From Basidiobolus meristosporus CBS 931.73 (lineage: Eukaryota > Fungi > Basidiobolomycota), in assembly GCA_002104905.1 (NCBI GenBank), contig MCFE01000427.1, positions 1-64,000 on the forward strand: a stretch of DNA of 64,000 bases, given 5' to 3'. The translations under genes were made by a program, and so were the position numbers. This document shows positions 12,088 to 24,964 of the stretch, in pieces; the stretch's first letter is position 1, and every line of letters begins with the position of its first letter. The notes under the pieces were generated by a model. That model did not search any database. It was not told the origin of the DNA and saw nothing but the letters and a program-made list of their open reading frames with translations.

Positions 12088-14620
12088 AGACTTGTTCTGC
12101 TCAATAGTGCCGCATTGTGCCAGCCTGTTTACAGTGCTGGAGTGATCTGGCACTCTATGGCATTATCTGGAACTCTGATTTCAACAATTTTGCCAGTGGT
12201 AGGATTCAGTTACTGGTCTTTTACTCAATCTTACTCATGTTGCTCTGAGCAGTGCTTTTCTTGCTTTATTTACTCTTATAATGCTCCAGATACATTTCTC
12301 TCAGCAGATATCTTCTTGTATGAATATACTGTGCATTAATAAGTATCTTACCCATTTTACTTATTCTGGTGTTTTCTCCTATATATGCCTTTCCTTTCAG
12401 TTTACCTGCTAATATGTTGGATCTCACTATATAGACAAATGTATGCTTTACTCTCACCCTGAAATGCTTAAATATCTCATTGTAGGGCTTCTACTCCTTG
12501 CTCAGCACTCCATTTCTTGGCTTCCTATGAGCCGCAATACAACCTAATCTCTGGCAATCCTTTCCTATATAAGCAAGGTTTGCTGTACATTTTTTTGCTC
12601 TACTGAATTCTGGATGGTACTATACCCAGAGTGCTTTATCCTGCCTACTCCCAGCAAATGGTATACTCAACCAGATGATGTTACCCTCAATGTCAGACAG
12701 TGTCTAAAACTTCAGTCAGTGCGCCTTGCATTTGCCAGAATAAAAGTGCCTCTGCCCTTTAGAGAGTCTGTTAATCCTGCCTGGGAAGATATCCAAAATA
12801 CTCATGATATGGAACCTGCTGCTCTACACTGTGGGATATGGAAGTCTATTGAAGCTTCTGAACCTAGTATTCCAAGCTTGCTGCAAGTCATTCATACCCT
12901 CTGCAAGGTGGTTCTCCATTGCTGTAAGCTTGGAATGAAAGCTTTTAGAACTTCTGTTGCCATGAATGGTGGGATGAAACCTTGTAGGGCAAGAGTATTT
13001 GTAATAGTAGAGAAGCTTAACAAGTGATCCCCTAGAGTAGACTGGGGTTGTTGGTCCATAGTACTTGGTATAGATTGCCTCTATGTGTCAAAAGGATATC
13101 CAGCAGTAGTGATGAGATTGATGAGAAAAGAACATTCAGGTGAGTAAACAATATCAAAATTGGTACATGATTGAGTAGAGGTGATTTGAGTTGATTTGGT
13201 GCAATCAGCTTAATTTATCTGATTTCCATGCATTATGATTAAACCTCCATCAGTTGCCATGTATTCCATCATTATGTTGCAAAAATCATCCTCAAACAAA
13301 GACTTGGTGGCTTTATTGATGCTTTACTCACCAGCTTATAACCAAATAGAAAATCTGCAACTGATGTAGTGTTATCTGTGTCAATGCAATCCAAGATGCA
13401 TCATGCATAATCTTTGGAAAATCAAGAATCCCATTAGTTTTTATGCATACTTCATATAAGACTAGGTTGATGCCAATATACTACTGTACAAGCATCCAAA
13501 TCTGTCACTATGGTCCCTATATCAAATCTCAACTCTTCTTAGGTATAAACCAGAAAAAACCCATCTCTCAGCTCACAAGTGCAGTCTTCACCAAAAAAGT
13601 CAATGTTGGATCTGCTTGAGTTCTTGCCAAATATTTTTAGTATGGTGCAAGTGTCTATGATATGCCTTCATACAGATATATGGGCACTACTCATTAATCT
13701 AGCAGAGCTGGATACCTCAGAGAGTCAACAAAGACGGATGAATCTGAGTAGTAAGCTGTGGCATGAGTTCTAAATCAAGATTCCAGTGCATGTATGTAAG
13801 ACAATATATAACAAGAGAAGTATTGGAGAAAAGAATGAGCTGAGAGTGAGGGGATTTGATGAGGAAGCCATGTGTGAACAATTTCACATGTAATTTGCAC
13901 AGTATGGGCTTGATGTGTCCATTTGTGACTCAACTTTGGGAACCAAAGAGATTCTGAATGAGTTTTTGCCTGAGATGACTAATATATTATAATATATATT
14001 TGTAGAGCCAAGTGGTCTCCAAGAGTAATACACACAGGACTCATTAAGGCAACAGTTTTAATGCATCAGTCAGAGTGCAAGTGAGTACCTTGATGAATAA
14101 GAAGGTCAGCTTCAAGAGGAAGAATTCAGGCTACAAGCAACTGCATCTAGAATGGGCCATCATGCCTTGCTGGATCTCCCACCATCCCCTGCAGTGTTGG
14201 TGCACCAGTGCATGCCAGTCCAATCTCAGCTAAAGCCCCTCACAGGAGTGTCCTGCATTGAGTCAACACTCATCATATCAATGTGCATGCTTTAGAAGAT
14301 ACCTACTAGAACTAACCAAACTGCTCACTTAGACATAGGTTCATTGGAGCAGGCTAAGTTGCATCAAGATGTAACATCACATCAAACTCAGCCAAGGGCT
14401 ATGCTAATGCATCAAGCTATACCTGCACATGCCAGTACACCTGAGCATTGCAGGTTTTACCCTGATCGGTGGTTGGTACTCTTCCTGCATGGCATGTTGC
14501 CATATAATAGCATCTGGACTCTGAATACCATGTTCCAGATTCTTAGGTTTCACACATAAGGCAAGATAAGCATCCTCAAGGCCATGGGGTGCCTGCCAGC
14601 AAGATCCTGGGGCATTTTTT
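12088..14620 (-). mobile_element. Second, inverted copy of the PHIS-type DNA transposon; degenerate but longer
   Basis: Starts ATT|AGACTTGTTC. Minus-strand ORF 12266-12457 matches the end of the 7860-8306 protein (…INAQYIHTRR.LLREM.L.HY). Carries ~0.9 kb (about 12920-13835) missing from copy 1. Right end approximate. Confidence 0.75.
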
Positions 14621-14934
14621 TTTGGTCAATCTCATGACTGGATAATCTGTTCTGATCTGGAACTTGTAGAATTCTCTTGCATATCAGTTGGAATTAGATA
14701 CATATTTTCTTTATTTGGAAGTATTAAAGTCTCCTGAGCTCTCAGAACATTGCCTAGCTTGTTTGACATGTGAATATTCCTCTCAGACACTCAATTTGAT
14801 TGAAGTTGAGATATTTTGTGCCAAAACAGATTAATTTCTCACTAATAGGCACATTTCCTAATCCCTAATGTGTTCTAGCCCCCTGTGTCATATTTCCCAG
14901 TTGGTCTCATCAGTTTTGGCAGTGATAACATACC

Positions 14935-16218
14935 TGTTAGATATAAGGAACCTATCAAGAAATAGTGATAAAGATTGAGATGTTGTTTATCAATAAAGAA
15001 GCTCAGTATTTATACCTTTGTGGAAGTAATACAGTTGTAACACTAAGTAAGGAGGGTTTCTTGATATTCAGGAGCATTCGGTAACAATTTCAGGGCTAGT
15101 ACATAGTTTCTACTAATAGTGCCCATTTGATCCTGACTATAGGGAAATAATAATAAGATCATAGATCTGAAGAAAGTGGCCAAGTTAGCGCTGTAAGTTA
15201 GTCCCACAGTGACCAAAACTAGTCCAAAATTGTTAAGTAGGTTTTTAGCTGCTGAATATTACCAAATTGTCCTATATTTCAACACTCCCCCTCAACTAAA
15301 TAATTTCTTAATCGTAATTCCTCCCTGAGATTCACAAATTGTGGCCTAGCTAGTGGTTTTGTCAATATATCTGCCACCATTCTGTTAGTTGGGAAGTACA
15401 CTAACTCTACTAAGCTGTTTTTTGCAGCTTTCCTCTCTGAGTGATGCTGTATATCAATGTGCTTAGTTCTGGCATGATTAGTATGATTTCTAGCTAATAA
15501 AATACAGCTTTGATCTTCTTTGTAAATACCTTTTGGCTCATCTGAATAAAAACCTAAGTCTTTGAATAGTTTTTGTTGCCATATAGCCTCCTTAGTTGCT
15601 TGACATGCAGCCATATATTCAGCTTCAGTTGTAGATAGGGCCACAGTTGGTTGTTTCTTGCAGTCTTAAGTAATAGCTGCACCAGCATAAAGAAAAACAT
15701 ATCCTGTGGTAGAGTGTCTGTCAATCAGATCCCTACCCCAATCTTAATCACTATAACCATCAAATTCTTGCCTATTAGCTTCTCAGGAGTATTCCAGTAC
15801 CATACTTATGGTACCTTGTAGATATCTGAAAATCTGCTTAACTGCTGCAATTTGATCTGGTCCATATTTCTGCATGAATTGACTGACTATTCCAACTGCC
15901 AATGCAGTATCTGGACAAGCAGACACCATCAGGTCCATTAGGTTGCCAACCATTGATTGATAGGGAAAGTTTAGGTCCATATTTGAGCTGTTCTCATCCA
16001 TAACTGGATGGGATTTGCCTGATTTCAGGTGATTGTCCTTAGTGATAGCTGCAGGCTTGCCATTTTCCATTTTGGAGAGTCTAAGAATGTCCCTCATGTA
16101 CTTGGACTGATTCAGCACAACTTTCTGCGTAGGTCTGTCAAATTTGACTTCAATTCCAAGAAAATAGCTCAATTTTCCAAGATCTTTGATGTCAAACTTG
16201 CTGAAGAGATCTGGTTGT
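14935..16218 (-). mobile_element. 3' fragment of a copia element of family B (RT end, RNase H, PPT, 350-bp LTR)
   Basis: ORFs 15783-16223 (DLGKLSYFLGIEV, YQSMVG) and 15279-15644 (ALSTTEAEY, KHIDIQHH). PPT GTTGAGGGGGAG adjoins LTR 14935-15284 (TG..CA). Confidence 0.85.
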
Positions 16219-16620
16219 GGCAATTTATATTTGGTATCAGTGAGATAATTTAATCAGGTGTAGTGAATGGCTGAACAAAATCTGGCCAATATCAAATTCA
16301 TTGTAGTGATTGTCATAGCCTAGTGGCAACTACCAAGCAGGGTACATGTCAGGTGCAGGGATCAATTCCTACCTGATGGCAAATGTGGGAAACTCTAAGT
16401 AGGGAGATTTCTCTTTTGTGAAAAATAGAATCCAATATTTGGCTGCATACCCACCAGTGACCCTACTTTTTAGCTGACCCTAAGCAGGGACTCTGCCCAA
16501 TATATTCTTTCCATGCAGCAAAATTGGGAGACTTACATTGTGTTTATTCAAAAGATTCTTAATAGGCCAAAACTCATGTACTGTTCAAAATGGAAGAACT
16601 TCTGCTTTGAAGACCAGAAG

Positions 16621-17001
16621 CTAGCAATAGTCACTATAGCAGTCATCATAATAGTCATCATCATAGCAGTCATCATAACTGTCATCATAGCAGTCATCAT
16701 CATAGTTATCATCACAGCAGTCATCATAGCAGTCATCATCACAGCAGTCATCATAGCAGTCATCATCACAACAGTCATCATAGTCATCATCACAGCAGCA
16801 ATCTTCATCATCCCAGTCATCATAGCAGTCATCATCACAATCATCACAGCAGTCATCATCATATCCATAAGAGTTGTACCACCTCTTCTGGAGAGCACTC
16901 CCTGTGGCAGCTACCTCACCCTGAGGTAAAGCTGAGCCATTCTTCAGAAGAAGCACACTGAGTATGACCACAAGGGAAGCTCTGCTTAGAAGGGATCTCA
17001 T
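16621..17001 (-). CDS. Secreted Asp/Cys/Tyr-rich prepropeptide, copy 1 (126 aa)
   Basis: ATG, signal peptide (MRSLLSRASLVVILSVLLLKNGSA), propeptide ending in a KR Kex2 site, 86-aa acidic repeat. Palindromic TATTTAAA box upstream at ~17137-17144. Confidence 0.7.
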   Translation of the reverse strand: MRSLLSRASLVVILSVLLLKNGSALPQGEVAATGSALQKRWYNSYGYDDDCCDDCDDDCYDDWDDEDCCCDDDYDDCCDDDCYDDCCDDDCYDDCCDDNYDDDCYDDSYDDCYDDDYYDDCYSDYC

Positions 17002-17703
17002 AGTGATGGGAGGTGCTCAGCAAGTGGCAGGAGAGAAAGGGTTGTGTATCAGGAAGAGCAGAGAGCCTGGCAGCTGTTGCTATGAGAGGGAGAAGAGAAG
17101 CCTGGGAAGATAAGTGGGAGTAGCCTGTGCCAACTCTATTTAAATGCTCTCTTGATAAGGCCAAGGGAAGGTCAGTGAAACAAGGTCAGTGTGATCAGTG
17201 ACTGCAATGCAACTGATGGATATAATCCAAGTGAGCATCTGCATTTAGCACACACCCTGCTGCCATCACTATTACCCAGACAGTGTAGGTCAAGGATTAG
17301 GCAATTTATATTTGGTATCAGTGAGATAATTTAATCAGGTGTAGTGAATGGCTGAACAAAATCTGGCCAATATCAAATTCATTGTAGTGATTGTCATAGC
17401 CTAGTGGCAACTACCAAGCAGGGTACATGTCAGGTGCAGGGATCAATTCCTACCTGATGGCAAATGTGGGAAACTCTAAGTAGGGAGATTTCTCTTTTGT
17501 GAAAAATAGAATCCAATATTTGGCTGCATACCCACCAGTGACCCTACTTTTTAGCTGACCCTAAGCAGGGACTCTGCCCAATATATATTCTTTCCATGCA
17601 GCAAAATTGGGAGACTTACATTGTGTTTATTCAAAAGATTCTTAATAGGCCAAAACTCATGTACTGTTCAAAATGGAAGAACTTCTGCTTTGAAGACCAG
17701 AAG

Positions 17704-18084
17704 CTAGCAATAGTCACTATAGCAGTCATCATAATAGTCATCATCATAGCAGTCATCATAACTGTCATCATAGCAGTCATCATCATAGTTATCATCACAG
17801 CAGTCATCATAGCAGTCATCATCACAGCAGTCATCATAGCAGTCATCATCACAACAGTCATCATAGTCATCATCACAGCAGCAATCTTCATCATCCCAGT
17901 CATCATAGCAGTCATCATCACAATCATCACAGCAGTCATCATCATATCCATAAGAGTTGTACCACCTCTTCTGGAGAGCACTCCCTGTGGCAGCTACCTC
18001 ACCCTGAGGTAAAGCTGAGCCATTCTTCAGAAGAAGCACACTGAGTATGACCACAAGGGAAGCTCTGCTTAGAAGGGATCTCAT
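17704..18084 (-). CDS. Secreted Asp/Cys/Tyr-rich prepropeptide, copy 2 (126 aa)
   Basis: Identical to copy 1. Confidence 0.7.
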   Translation of the reverse strand: MRSLLSRASLVVILSVLLLKNGSALPQGEVAATGSALQKRWYNSYGYDDDCCDDCDDDCYDDWDDEDCCCDDDYDDCCDDDCYDDCCDDDCYDDCCDDNYDDDCYDDSYDDCYDDDYYDDCYSDYC

Positions 18085-18815
18085 AGTGATGGGAGGTGCT
18101 CAGCAAGTGGCAGGAGAGAAAGGGTTGTGTATCAGGAAGAGCAGAGAGCCTGGCAGCTGTTGCTATGAGAGGGAGAAGAGAAGCCTGGGAAGATAAGTGG
18201 GAGTAGCCTGTGCCAACTCTATTTAAATGCTCTCTTGATAAGGCCAAGGGAAGGTCAGTGAAACAAGGTCAGTGTGATCAGTGACTGCAATGCAACTGAT
18301 GGATATAATCCAAGTGAGCATCTGCATTTAGCACACACCCTGCTGCCATCACTATTACCCAGACAGTGTAGGTCAAGGATTAGGCAATTTATATTTGGTA
18401 TCAGTGAGATAATTTAATCAGGTGTAGTGAATGGCTGAACAAAATCTGGCCAATATCAAATTCATTGTAGTGATTGTCATAGCCTAGTGGCAACTACCAA
18501 GCAGGGTACATGTCAGGTGCAGGGATCAATTCCTACCTGATGGCAAATGTGGGAAACTCTAAGTAGGGAGATTTCTCTTTTGTGAAAAATAGAATCCAAT
18601 ATTTGGCTGCATACCCACCAGACCCTACTAGCTGACCCTAGACTAGACCCTACTTTTTAGCTGACCCTAAGCAGGGACTTACTGACCCTACACTATATAT
18701 TCTTTCCATGCAGCAAAATTGGGAGACTTACATTGTGTTTATTCAAAAGATTCTTAATAGGCCAAAACTCATGTACTGTTCAAAATGGAAGAACTTCTGC
18801 TTTGAAGACCAGAAG

Positions 18816-19196
18816 CTAGCAATAGTCACTATAGCAGTCATCATAATAGTCATCATCATAGCAGTCATCATAACTGTCATCATAGCAGTCATCATCATAG
18901 TTATCATCACAGCAGTCATCATAGCAGTCATCATCACAGCAGTCATCATAGCAGTCATCATCACAACAGTCATCATAGTCATCATCACAGCAGCAATCTT
19001 CATCATCCCAGTCATCATAGCAGTCATCATCACAATCATCACAGCAGTCATCATCATATCCATAAGAGTTGTACCACCTCTTCTGGAGAGCACTCCCTGT
19101 GGCAGCTACCTCACCCTGAGGTAAAGCTGAGCCATTCTTCAGAAGAAGCACACTGAGTATGACTACAAGAGAAGCTCTGCTTAGAAGGGATCTCAT
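18816..19196 (-). CDS. Secreted Asp/Cys/Tyr-rich prepropeptide, copy 3 (126 aa)
   Basis: Same protein, with two synonymous changes in the signal peptide. Upstream region is deleted and diverged and lacks the TATTTAAA box. Confidence 0.65.
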   Translation of the reverse strand: MRSLLSRASLVVILSVLLLKNGSALPQGEVAATGSALQKRWYNSYGYDDDCCDDCDDDCYDDWDDEDCCCDDDYDDCCDDDCYDDCCDDDCYDDCCDDNYDDDCYDDSYDDCYDDDYYDDCYSDYC

Positions 19197-19559
19197 AGTG
19201 GGAGCAGCTTGTCTCACCTCCTCTTGAATGCTCTCTTGAGAGAGGTACAGTAGGTTTATCAGCATGAGAAGCAGGAACTTCAGCTGGTTGAATGTGTCTT
19301 TGATTTTCTTGTAATACTGCAGTATTGGTCTTTTTCATACTGATAAGTTTTTATAAGGCTTTGCTCTGCATGTCACAACTTTTGCATCCTCACATGCTCT
19401 GGCATTCTCTATCTCTGTTGTTGAATGAGATTCAAGTGGTAGCTTACACAATTTTATATCTCATTGCACAGTTAAAGTAAAGTGTGCTGTATGCTGTTGT
19501 CAACATTTGGTCTTCTGGATCTCATAAAAAATCATTGCTCATGTATCCTAAACCATCCA

Positions 19560-22290
19560 GCTTTAGAAACTTACTAGTGTACTTCAAGCAGACATCAGCA
19601 GTTTCTCTTAATTTACATCATATATTCCTAATTATTGCCCTACAATTAGATCCAATGGTCCAACTATGAATGCTGACCACTCTGAATAAATTAGAAATAT
19701 TTGCACATGCTTATTGCATGAATGCATCCAACTGCCAATCACAGATTGGTCAGGGGGGTATGGACATTCTGGTGGGCCAAACGTTTCTTGGCTTGGGTGA
19801 TCTATGACCAATTTGAGGCTTGCCTCCATTGGTGTAGCTGCTGGCATTCTGCAGTTCATTTGGTGCTTCTTAGCTTTATATGCTGGATATCCCTAGCTTG
19901 ACTTAGGGAGGTAGTCTGGGCGCTTCTGTCTCAGATGAGCTGCATCCCTAGCTAGTAACTGTGCACTCCTAAGTTGAACATTTAAAACTCCTGATGAAGG
20001 CTGGAACTATTCTCCTCCAATACCTCTTTGATATTGGTAGCTATAATAAGATTATCCATATATGAAGCTAATAGTGCTGGATGTGCTCCATCTGGCTTAT
20101 ATTAAGCACTATTGTTAGTGGTACTTCTTTGGAAACTCTCAGATTCCAATCAATATGGCAATTACAGGCTCTTGGTAATAGTTTCAGTCTGAATGGAGTT
20201 TTTTTAAGTGTTCAGACTAAATGGGGCTTATTTTGGGCAATAAACCAGTCAGGTAGGTCAATATACAAGTCCTCATAAAGGTTCCCACTTATTATGGTGC
20301 TTTTACATCCATTTGCAGAATAAGAAGCCTGTGCTTTGTTGCAATAGTTAATTTTGGTCTGATTAATTTAGCTTGGCTGTCAGTGCAAAGGTCTCAGTGC
20401 AGTCCAGTCCTGTTAGTTCAAAGTATATATTAGCCATGAATCCCACCTTGTATATATCAGCTGTATCACAGGCCTCATGTTTGTCTTGGAGACTCACTTA
20501 CATCCAATTGATTTTGGTTGATTGGAAACTTACCTAAGTTCCTAGTTGATTTTCCATTAGGGGCTGGTATTCTTGCTTGTTAGAGATCTCCAGAAGCTGG
20601 TCCACATGGTCATTAGGGGTCTCCTTCACAGTCTGGAGCATGTTAATATGGACAGACTAGGGATAGATTTAATTTAGACCCTCATTGATACATGGAATGT
20701 GCTATTTCTAAGCCTGTTGGATCTCTGGCCTTGTGATACTGCATTTCTTACTTCTAGGACATTTGGGGCTCCAATTCAGGCAGAATTGTGATAGTAGATT
20801 CATCTGAAGTGAAAAAGCTCTTCATTTTTTGCTCCAACTCACACCTATCAACTGTTGTACCAGAGATTGTATTATGGCCATTAACTGATCTTTTGTGTGA
20901 GAATCTTGAATATTCATAAGCCACACATCCATGTGTCTGATCAGCTTCCTTGCTTTGGTACTGTGGAGTCTGTAGGTGTTACTCTCATTGCAGTAACCCC
21001 AAGATTGATAACTGACCACTTTTGGCTAGATCCTGACTGATTTTGGGAAAGTACTTGGCATATGCTGTGCAACCAAACATTTGTAGATGCTTCAACACCT
21101 AATTTATATCCTATGCCACTCCTCAAATGGAGTAGAATCACCAACACCTCTTCAATAACTTCTATTTTTAAGATATATATCTGTAGCAAGTAAAGCCACT
21201 CAATAGCAAAGGATAACTTTAATTCTTTTTCTTATTGAAGCCCAGCTCTGATTGGCATGCTTTCCAATTGCTAAAGCTACAAAAGAGGTTGTTGTTGCCT
21301 CTGAGGGACTTTGAGTACCTTTCTTGGTGCTCTCATGGCTTATTAAAGCTCCTGCTTTTGCCTTTTTATCAGCACTTGATTCTCTGAATTCCAAATCTTT
21401 AGTTACATTGCCTATGACATATACAAGGCCCTGATGTGTGTGTCAGGCTATTCAGGGGCTAATCATTGCATATCCCTCAGTAGCTTTCTATGCCCACCAA
21501 CTTAATCTCATCAACAAACGAGGAAGATTAATTAATTAGTATTTTCATTACTTCTTGTGGCAGCTGTAGTTCTGAAAAGGGAATTCTTGCCTAAGAAACA
21601 TGTCTCTTAGCAGCTAAACGTGATTGAGCAGTGTCTGTAAATGCCTTCTAGGCATTCCTTGCCACTTTTGCTCTTCAGTATTGAATTAGCAATCTGTCTT
21701 TGACACTGAAGCAAATGCTGGTAAAGGCAATTTGTTCTTTTGGCTGATAGTCTGAAGCTTCTTCTCCAACAACTTTAAGAGGGCATTTGCATTCTATAAT
21801 AATATCTCAAAAGCCATTTTCCTATTGCAGCATCTACTTCTTCAACATCTGTACTTTGTGGCTAGATCCATCCAACTTTTTGGCAGAGGGAGAAATCCCA
21901 GTATTAGCAGTATTGGACATTCCTTAGAGTATCAACTTGGGACTTGAAGCCTATTGTAATGGTTGTGGAGATATTGGAAGTGAATGGGAGAACATGTAGA
22001 TTATATGATTATCACTCAGTGATTTATTGAATGTAAAGGTAGTATTTACACTTTAGTATGATATTGGCACCACAAGCAAGTATAATAGGCTTACAAAGGC
22101 CCTAAGAGCATGTGTGCAGGTCTTGGTACTTATTATACAACTCTGAGAAATATGATGTTTGCAGTACCCAATGTTTGGTGAAATATTCCAAGTGATCTCC
22201 ACATGGAATTTAGTCAGAACTCTCTAATATTTGTAGATAAGAACCCAAGTGACAACACTAGGTGAATGTCCAGGTGTAACTACAATATTT
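19560..22290 (-). mobile_element. Degenerate copia-A relic (gag, integrase, RT remnants plus LTR-like end)
   Basis: Minus strand has GYCNESNTYRLHSTKARKLI (20822-21019), matching the family A integrase C-terminus, plus RT remnants. Boundaries approximate. Confidence 0.7.
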
Positions 22291-22673
22291 ACAACAACAC
22301 ACCCAATACCATTTGCTGGAGACAAATTAGCTTATCTCAGATCACAATTATTACTTGTTTGTACAAGTATTAAATTGAGTGAGAGTGTGGTAAATTTTGC
22401 AATTACACCCCAGTACCCCTCCAGCAAAGTTGTTTATATCATGGTTACAAATTTTAGAGAACTCAGACCAAATTCCTTGTTAGAATCAACTTGGAGTATT
22501 TACCAAACATCAGGTACCCCAAAAATGAAATTTTGCAAAGTTGTCCAATCTGCCCCAAACTTGACACACATGCTCTTTGGATCTTTCTGAGCTGATTGTG
22601 CATACTATATTTGCCAAGACTGTGTAGAGCTCTATATACCACTTTTACATTCAATATATCATCAAGTGAAAAC

Positions 22674-23005
22674 TGTTGTAAAAATTTGTATTTCCACCTA
22701 AATATTCACCTAACTTAGTCACTTAGATCATCACCTTCAAATCCTAGAGAATACTGACCAAATTCCTTGTCGGGAATTACTTAGAATATTTGCCCAGAAC
22801 ATGAAAATTAGATAAGTTGTCCAAACAGCCCCAAACTTTGCACACATGTTCTTGGGACCTTCCTTAACCTATTCTACGTGTTTGTAATGCTAAGACCAGG
22901 TAAAAGTATAAATTCTACTTTTACATTCAATAAATCATTAAGTGAAAACCACATAATCTACTTGTTCTCCCAATCACTTCCAATATCTCCAAGACTCTTA
23001 CAACA
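22674..23005 (+). mobile_element. Young solo LTR, family A short subtype (332 bp), inserted in an older LTR-A
   Basis: TGTTGTA…TTACAACA with a perfect 5-bp TSD AAAAC (22669-22673 / 23006-23010). Near-identical to 49734-50065. Confidence 0.95.
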
Positions 23006-24964
23006 AAAACCACACAATCTACTTATTCTCCTAATCACTTCCAATATTTCCAAGACTCCTACAAAACATCATAGCCTAGTGACAATTACCAAACAGGGTA
23101 TACCAGGCACAGAGACTGGCTCCTATCTGATTGCAAGAATAGGAAACTCCAAGCAGTGAGATGTTGTTTGTAGAAAAAAGTATCCTATATTTTGCTGCAT
23201 ATGCACCTATGTCCTGAGTCTTTGGCTGATCCTAGGCAGAGAATTTACACCCAACATCACTACTGTGGCTTACTTGGATAGCTTCTGTTAACTTGTGTTA
23301 AGTGCTCTGTTGTCTCCCATGCAAATCTTCATTTGTATCCTTAGATAATGGGTATAAAGTTCGTTTAAGTGTGGCAAATGTTGAGATGCTCCAGAATCAA
23401 TAAGCCACATCTGAAAATCTTTGTTTGCTGCTGCACTTATCACAGATATGAGTAGTTAGTACTCAGTGGCTGTGGTGTTTTCAAGTTTATATATTTTGGG
23501 TTCATATCTCTTGTTGAGGAGCACCAGTCCTATGAGTATCCTTTCCTTTTTCAGTATTTACAACATACAGTGTTTCTTTCTTTATAGGGTTGTGCACATG
23601 ACTTTGGATGGCCAATATTGCTTAATAAAGCAACTTATACTTCCTTTAGATTGGGATTTGATTTGCTTAGTTTAGTGCACAAGTGTCTGTACACATAAAT
23701 AATCCAAAGTCAAGTCCTCAGTTCTGGACTCTAGGGTGGACACAAGATCCTGAGATCAGTCTGTTAGGGTACTTAGGATGGTAACTATAACATGTTCATC
23801 AGTGGTTAGCACTTCAATTGTTTATATCACATCTACTAACTGGACAATTCAGATAATTATGTTTTTCATCTCTTTTCCCAGAGTTTGCATATTTTTATTG
23901 AGTCCCAAATGCTGATTGGATGTACTGGTAAATATTGTGAAAATGAGATGTCCGGTCTGCCAAACGATCATATAAAACATCATCAGATTTTTTGGTGGCC
24001 TATATTAATGAATATCAGAGGGCATTGAAAACGATTTGGAGACCTGGTACATATGCATGAAAATCTGTTGCTGCTCTACTGTGTCCCGACAGAGTAGATG
24101 TACTTTCTGGATAGCCTCAGGGAACCGATCTCCATATTGTATTTAGAAAGGTTCCAGCAGATGACACACCGTTTTTGGGGCGACATGGGGGAAAATCTTG
24201 AAGTTTGGACAACTTCGAAGATATCATAAGTACAGTGAACTAGCTAGTATGTTACAAACCGGATCTCGAGGCAACCGATGATTTCGAGGCGTGAGGTGGT
24301 TGACACATTTGATGATCAACCTAAGTGATCTAGGCAACTTACTGATACTAGGCAGGCGGGTTTTTCTGGTGCCACTTCCTAGGTGGCAAAGCCGAATCAA
24401 CTCTGGGATGTCCATGGAAACATAGGCAGAGCACCTCATCCCAACAGAACACTTGATGCCATGGATCGTTTGATACAAGGGAACTGCCGCTATCGCGACG
24501 CTCATCACCCAAATCAAGATAATGCATGCATGGTTTCATTCAAAGCAAGGCGGGAAGTTCAAGTGGCATGCAACGATTCCGGAATGCGCGGATTGGTCGG
24601 TCATGGCATGACTCATTTGGAGGGAAATCGCATCAGTGCCGTGGATGTTGATGGCTTACTTGAAGCAGGCACATGGGCGTTCCTAAGCCACCTGTGTTTC
24701 GTTGGGTCAGCGTGTTTCATCAGTACAAAGAATAGGAATGGGAATGGAATGGCAATGGAGAAGGAATCGGGACAATTAATCCATGGTAAAGTGCAGGATG
24801 AGGGGTCACAAAAAAGGCTAGTTCTTGTTTGGGCCGCCATCTAAGACCAATGGTCCATGGTCATGGTAACCGCAACCACAGGCGGGTTATATAGGTGCTC
24901 ACGGCGGACGGGATTGGTTGTACTGATATCTCGCTGGAGAGGACACTTCCCGCCGCCTTCTGCG

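Larger units (their letters stand above)
16219..19200. repeat. Tandem array of ~1.08-kb units (starts 16219, 17300, 18383; third partial), each with a secreted Asp/Cys/Tyr peptide gene
   Basis: Each unit begins GGCAATTTATATTTGGTATCAG. Periods 1081 and 1083 bp. Units 1 and 2 differ by a 2-bp AT slip as far as I can read. Confidence 0.97.

Noticed and set aside
16232-16242. TGGTATCAGTG resembling a tRNA-iMet PBS at the start of each tandem unit
   Set aside because: Only 9 of 12 nt match, and no LTR end (CA) directly precedes it or gag follows it.
16630-16870. Short periodic repeats as a possible CRISPR array, also 28560-29035
   Set aside because: Coding tandem repeats in a eukaryotic gene; no constant repeat with unique spacers, no cas genes.
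16513-16929. Ile/Val-rich (+) and Met/Thr-rich (-) ORFs over the Asp/Cys repeat, also in units 2 and 3
   Set aside because: Shadow frames of a GAT/GAC/TGC repeat that has no stops. Only the Asp/Cys frame has a signal peptide, a KR site and a TATA-like box.
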